Assembly (NCBI GenBank): GCA_951406725.2
Contig: OX597818.1
Location: forward strand, 94,922,001 to 94,986,000
Reading direction: 5' to 3'
Source: Octopus vulgaris
Taxonomy: Eukaryota
DNA: 64,000 nucleotides
The notes under the pieces were generated by a model. The model was not told the DNA's origin. It did not search any database and worked only from the letters and a program-made list of their open reading frames with translations. Position 1 is the first letter of the stretch, and each line of letters opens with the position of its first letter. The position numbers and the translations under genes were made by a program. This document shows, piece after piece, positions 62,407-64,000 of this stretch.

Positions 62407-62948
62407 ATAATAATAATAGTAATTGTTTCTGATATAAGGACAAGGTCAGAAATTCATAGGAATGGTGCAGTTGATTAAATCAACTCGAACACTTAGACTG
62501 GTACTTTATTTTAGTGACCGCCTCCCCCAAGATGGATAAAAAGCAAAGATTTGAACTCAGAATATAAAGAGCCAGAACAAATATTCAAGAAATATTTTCC
62601 TACACTAGCAATCCTGCTCATCCGTATTTGTTCATTTTCTTTCGTACTTTTATCCTTTCTTGTATATGCAATGTAATTGATATCTGTTATAACATCTATT
62701 CATGCTTGTGTCAACCAGATGGATTTTATTGAGGCGGATTTTCTACAGTTTGATGCCCTTCCTGTCACCAACCCTCACTTGTAATATTTCCCATAACTGG
62801 TCATGTTTTCAGGGAAGACTGGATATGAAGAACACTGCTTGTATGATGGTGATGTTTGTGTATGACTGTTGCACAATGTCAAAACAAGGAACAAACACAT
62901 ACACACACTTGCACATTCATACATACACACAAACATATATATATATAT

Positions 62949-63493
62949 ATAACAATTTAACAAATAAAACATATGCATACATACATACATATATGTACAT
63001 ACCTACATCTATATGTATATATACATGCATATATATATGAGTACAGGACGCCACAAATAAACGTAGAACACGAGAAACGAAAACATAAAAACAAACAAGG
63101 AAACGGACTTTTTTTAACAACGAAAAAACAGAGTACAAGACAAACAATACAAGGAATATTCCCCTTCATCAGCTGCCCCTGGTTCGACTCAATGCGTGTT
63201 TCGAAGGTAAGGGCAGTTTAACATGATCCGGCCGAAGCAACACGCATTGAGTCGAACCAGGGGCAGCTGATGAAAGGGAATATTCCTTGTATTGTTTGTC
63301 TTGTACTCTGTTTTTTTGTTGTTAAAAAAAGTCCGTTTCCTTGTTTGTTTTTATGTTTTCGTTTCTCGTTGTGTTCTACGTTTATTTGTGGCATCCTGTA
63401 CTCATATATATATGCATGTATATATACATATAGATGTAGGTATGTATATATATGTATGTATGTATGCATATGTTTTATTTGTTAAATTGTTAT
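62949..63493. repeat. Long near-perfect palindrome (two ~250-bp arms, ~38-bp spacer) built from an LTR-like repeat plus flanking microsatellite
   Basis: 62949-63200 is the reverse complement of 63239-63493, with only a few substitutions and one 3-bp indel. Confidence 0.95.
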
Positions 63494-63538
63494 TATATGA
63501 CTGAGCACCTCGTATCGTTTCTTATCCTCCAAGTAAGT

Positions 63539-63571
<33 letters not shown>

Positions 63572-64000
63572 CAACAGGCCTTTTTCAGTTTCCATTGGCC
63601 AAAGCTATTAGTTTGAAGAAGCTTACCAAAAATGCTGCACAATATGAAAGAACATGAAACCACTTGGTTGGCAAACAAACTTCATAACCACATAGCCAAT
63701 GATTGTCTATAAATTTCATCTTTGGTCTTGTGATCATGTCATGAGATGTTTTATGTCCTCATGAAAAACCTAGCCTGCATACCATCAAGGTAATGTTAAA
63801 GCTCCTTTATAGACCAAGTTTCAGCTCCATAAATAAGTACTCTCTAGTTTGACCAAAAGAACCAGCTATTGCAAGCAAAAATAAATATTGAAAAAAAAAA
63901 AGGGCATTCAGCCAAATTTGGACATACAACAGTTTGACATAATAGCAACAATATATATTGTGAAGACACATGGCCTCATGTTAAGAGTGTTGTACTCAAA

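Noticed and set aside
63160-63280. Type II hammerhead (GAAA...CTGATGA order) in the palindrome arms, similar order at ~25520-25560
   Set aside because: Helices I and III cannot be formed convincingly.

Overview
Eukaryotic, AT-rich, microsatellite- and transposon-dense DNA. The repeat families (tRNA-derived and Nin-domain SINEs, RTE LINEs with (GAT)n tails, Penelope elements, TTAA MITEs) look like an octopus/coleoid cephalopod genome; this is inferred, not searched. The one clearly recognisable host gene segment is the last coding exon of CaMKII (1638-1758, +, hub-domain C-terminus). It is followed by about 8 kb of nearly transposon-free sequence ending in a CPE/UGUA/AATAAA cassette near 9.7 kb. 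I read this as a very long CaMKII 3'UTR with several unique, structured islands. The remaining ~54 kb is mostly decayed mobile DNA: mariner, CR1/L2-like, RTE, R4/Dong, Penelope, Helitrons, MITEs and nested SINEs. Points of interest there are several Penelope-type minimal hammerhead ribozymes, a 27 x 40-bp minisatellite born from LINE coding sequence, a cargo-carrying long-TIR element with an 8-bp TSD, a 250-bp-arm palindrome, miRNA-sized TE hairpins, a tandem duplication containing sequence copied from the CaMKII UTR, and a CpG-retaining enhancer-like island. Most ORFs in the supplied track are microsatellite artefacts. Repeat boundaries were set by eye and are approximate. No novel protein-coding system could be supported.
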